DNA from: a bacterium
GTDB taxonomy: Bacteria > Hydrothermota > 32-111
Direction of reading: 5' to 3'
DNA length: 11,587 nucleotides
Assembly: GCA_050239825.1 (NCBI GenBank)
Contig: JBFXGO010000007.1
Span: forward strand, 1-11,587
Shown in pieces: positions 9,831-11,587 of the stretch. The notes below the pieces were generated by a model. That model was not told where the DNA came from, did not search any database, and worked only from the letters and a program-made list of their open reading frames with translations. Positions within the stretch are counted from its first letter, which is position 1; the number at the start of each line of letters is the position of its first letter. The translations under genes and the position numbers were made by a program.

Positions 9831-9881
9831 TTGCCAAAAGTTTTATATCTGATAAAATATTCAAATTAAACAATTAAGGAG
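9831..9881 (+). promoter_or_regulatory. Sigma70-type promoter and RBS of the epimerase gene
   Basis: TTGCCA 9831-9836, extended -10 TGaTAAAAT 9850-9858 (16-bp spacer), AAGGAG 9876-9881. Confidence 0.6.
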
Positions 9882-9884
9882 AAA

Positions 9885-10817
9885 ATGATGAGCAGAATAC
9901 TTGTCACGGGCGGAGCAGGTTTTATAGGAAGCAATCTATCGAAAAAACTTATTGAAGACGGCAATAGTGTCAGAATACTCGACAATTTTTCAACAGGCAA
10001 GAGGGAGAATCTCTCTGACATTATAGACAGGATAGATTTGATTGAGGGAGACATCAGAAGTTATCACACGGTAATGAAATCCCTAAAAGACATAGATTAT
10101 GTTTTTCATGAAGCGGCTCTTCCTTCGGTCCCCCGTTCGATTTATGACCCAATAACCTCCAATGATGTTAATATAGTCGGCACCCTCAATCTGTTGCAGT
10201 GTAGCAAGGATATGGATGTGAAAAAATTTATATTTGCATCATCCTCATCTGTTTACGGAGATAATATGGAGCTTCCCAAAAGAGAATCGATGAAGCCTGT
10301 TCCGAAATCCCCATACGCTCTTACAAAGCTTACAGGTGAGCACTATTGTTCTATTTTTCATAGAATCTACAACATGCCCACAATTTCCCTCAGATACTTC
10401 AATGTGTTTGGTCCCAATCAGGACCCGAATTCCCAGTATAGCGCATTTATACCCAAAATATTCAAGTCGGTCAAAAATAAAGGCAAGATAACGGTATTTG
10501 GAGACGGGAATCAGACAAGGGATTTCACATACATTGACAATGTCGTAAAAGCCAATATTCTGTCATTGTCAGCCAAGGAGAATGCTTACGGCGAATATTT
10601 CAATGTTGCGACTGGAAAATCAATATCAGTGAATGAGATAATCAGTTATGTTTTTGAAATAAGCAAAAAGCAGACAGAGGTCTCTTTTGAGCCTCCGAGG
10701 CCCGGAGATGTAAAGGATTCTCTTGCCGATATAAGCAAGATTGAAGAGAATCTGAATTACTCTGTCTCTGTCTTTGTGAGGGACGGACTCAAAAAGGCGA
10801 TGGAATACTACATTTGA
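9885..10817 (+). CDS. NAD-dependent nucleotide-sugar epimerase/dehydratase (extended SDR; WbpP/UDP-GlcNAc C4-epimerase-like)
   Basis: ILVTGGAGFIGS, 'FHEAALPSVPRS', 'ASSSSVYG', catalytic YALTK, 'LRYFNVFGPNQDPNSQY', 'GDGNQTRDFTYIDNVV'. The start could be ATG 9888. Confidence 0.93.
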   Translation: MMSRILVTGGAGFIGSNLSKKLIEDGNSVRILDNFSTGKRENLSDIIDRIDLIEGDIRSYHTVMKSLKDIDYVFHEAALPSVPRSIYDPITSNDVNIVGTLNLLQCSKDMDVKKFIFASSSSVYGDNMELPKRESMKPVPKSPYALTKLTGEHYCSIFHRIYNMPTISLRYFNVFGPNQDPNSQYSAFIPKIFKSVKNKGKITVFGDGNQTRDFTYIDNVVKANILSLSAKENAYGEYFNVATGKSISVNEIISYVFEISKKQTEVSFEPPRPGDVKDSLADISKIEENLNYSVSVFVRDGLKKAMEYYI

Positions 10818-10834
10818 GATTCTGAAAAATAAAA

Positions 10835-11075
10835 AAGGAGTGAATATAAAAAATTCCGATTCTTTTAATCATACTTGTGATGCTTGCGGGCTGTCTCTCA
10901 ATTGGAAATTCTTCGACTTTCACGAACTCTGAGCCATACTACAGAGGAGGATCGAATTCAACCGGAATCCAGGACTCAAAACACACAAAAATAATCTGGT
11001 CAATGACCCTTTCAAAAGACGAGCAGTTCATCTCATTTCCCACAGTGAGCGGAGGAAGAATTTTGTTTATTGATG
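10835..11075 (+). pseudogene. Remnant of a lipoprotein with a PQQ/BamB-like beta-propeller N-terminus; start codon lost and truncated at the repeat block
   Basis: SD AAGGAG 10835-10840, then ATAAAAAATT with no in-frame ATG (in-frame TAA 10847-10849). The frame then reads KIPILLIILVMLAGC (lipobox LAGC) and 'YYRGGSNSTG...IIWSMTL...FISFPTVSGGRILF', and runs into the repeats. The 3' boundary is approximate. Confidence 0.55.
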
Positions 11076-11104
11076 ATTTATTATTGAGTTGGGGACTGCT
11101 GTCG

Positions 11105-11321
11105 GGTGTAGCGTCGGCTCACACACTCCGCTTCGCCGCTTGATTTTTAGGGACGGTGGTTGCAAAAAGCTGCATTTTTTAGGGGCGACACGCTGGTGTA
11201 GCGTCGGCTCACACACTCCGCTTCGCCGCTTGATTTTTAGGGACGGTGGTTGCAAAAAGCTGCATTTTTTAGGGGCTACACGCGGGCATAGCGTCGGCTC
11301 ACACACTCCGCTTCGCCGCTT
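11105..11321. repeat. 90-bp tandem repeat, ~2.4 copies
   Basis: Core TAGCGTCGGCTCACACACTCCGCTTCGCCGCTT at 11109-11141, 11199-11231 and 11289-11321. 11105-11186 is identical to 11195-11276. The two full units differ at only 4 positions (11187, 11194, 11197, 11198). Confidence 0.97.
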
Positions 11322-11557
11322 AATCAAGATGGGTTAGCGTAGCAAGGGGAGAACCACTTGATGGGCGTCTGCGCGGAGCGTCCTCGCCGACTTTGAGCTT
11401 TCGAGCATCAATAAGATAATTAATTGCCTGAATCTTCACAAAGCATTGGCTGGGGTGAAATGTGCGCAAGCGCACATGATAGACACCTCGGGTTGCACCA
11501 GAACTTTGTGAAGATTACTGTAAAGACTAAATATTAATCAGCTCCCCTTATTAAGCT
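11293..11557 (+). ncRNA. Candidate structured non-coding RNA (or ssDNA-structured element), family unknown
   Basis: Manually found pairings: imperfect hairpin 11293-11391, UUCG-capped hairpin 11393-11411, long hairpin 11431-11516 with a 13-bp perfect base, and 11336-11351 complementary to 11542-11557. GU pairs and UUCG favour the + strand. Confidence 0.55.
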
Positions 11558-11587
11558 CATGGCACATGGCACACGGCTCAGGGCTGA
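11554..11587. repeat. Degenerate 7-nt tandem repeats (GGCWCAN), truncated by the window edge
   Basis: AGCTCAT GGCACAT GGCACAC GGCTCAG GGCTGA. Confidence 0.7.

Noticed and set aside
8219..10054. Opposite-strand or alternate-frame ORFs within the sensor and epimerase genes
   Set aside because: They are shadow ORFs with no independent support.
11109..11321. CRISPR array (three 33-bp repeats)
   Set aside because: The 57-nt intervening segments are 53/57 identical rather than unique spacers; there is no typical repeat terminus and no cas gene in view.
11067..11337. ORFs 11067-11327 (-) and 11089-11337 (+)
   Set aside because: They are translations of the 90-bp (multiple of 3) repeat, with no SD or recognisable domain.
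11394..11559. 6S RNA (TGAGCTT/AAGCTCA closing stem, AT-rich bubble, long terminal hairpin)
   Set aside because: The shape is loosely compatible, but the closing stem is only 7 bp, competes with stronger pairings, and I recognise no 6S sequence motif. It is not excluded without cmscan.

Overview
This is an AT-rich bacterial chromosomal window, probably from an FCB-group or candidate-phylum lineage (inferred only from a T9SS-type C-terminal sorting domain). The + strand carries a cupin gene, then a large secreted papain-fold (C10/C39-like) cysteine peptidase with a propeller-like region and sorting domain. A sigma70-type promoter then precedes grpE-dnaK-dnaJ-rsmE-HIT, with no hrcA, CIRCE or prmA. 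On the - strand is a membrane Cache/PAS/PAS sensor that lacks any output domain and is preceded by a 17-codon uORF with a strong RBS. Divergent from it lies an NDP-sugar epimerase, followed by a start-less, truncated PQQ-propeller-like lipoprotein remnant. The most interesting part is the last ~500 bp, a GC-richer non-coding block that interrupts that remnant. It holds a 2.4-copy 90-bp tandem array whose differences are confined to a 12-nt segment, and a highly structured ~265-nt candidate ncRNA. That candidate has an anti-repeat to the array core, a 16-nt loop complementary to a site ~200 nt downstream, a UUCG hairpin and an 86-nt long hairpin. Degenerate 7-mer repeats run off the window edge. 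Any protein partner would lie beyond position 11587.
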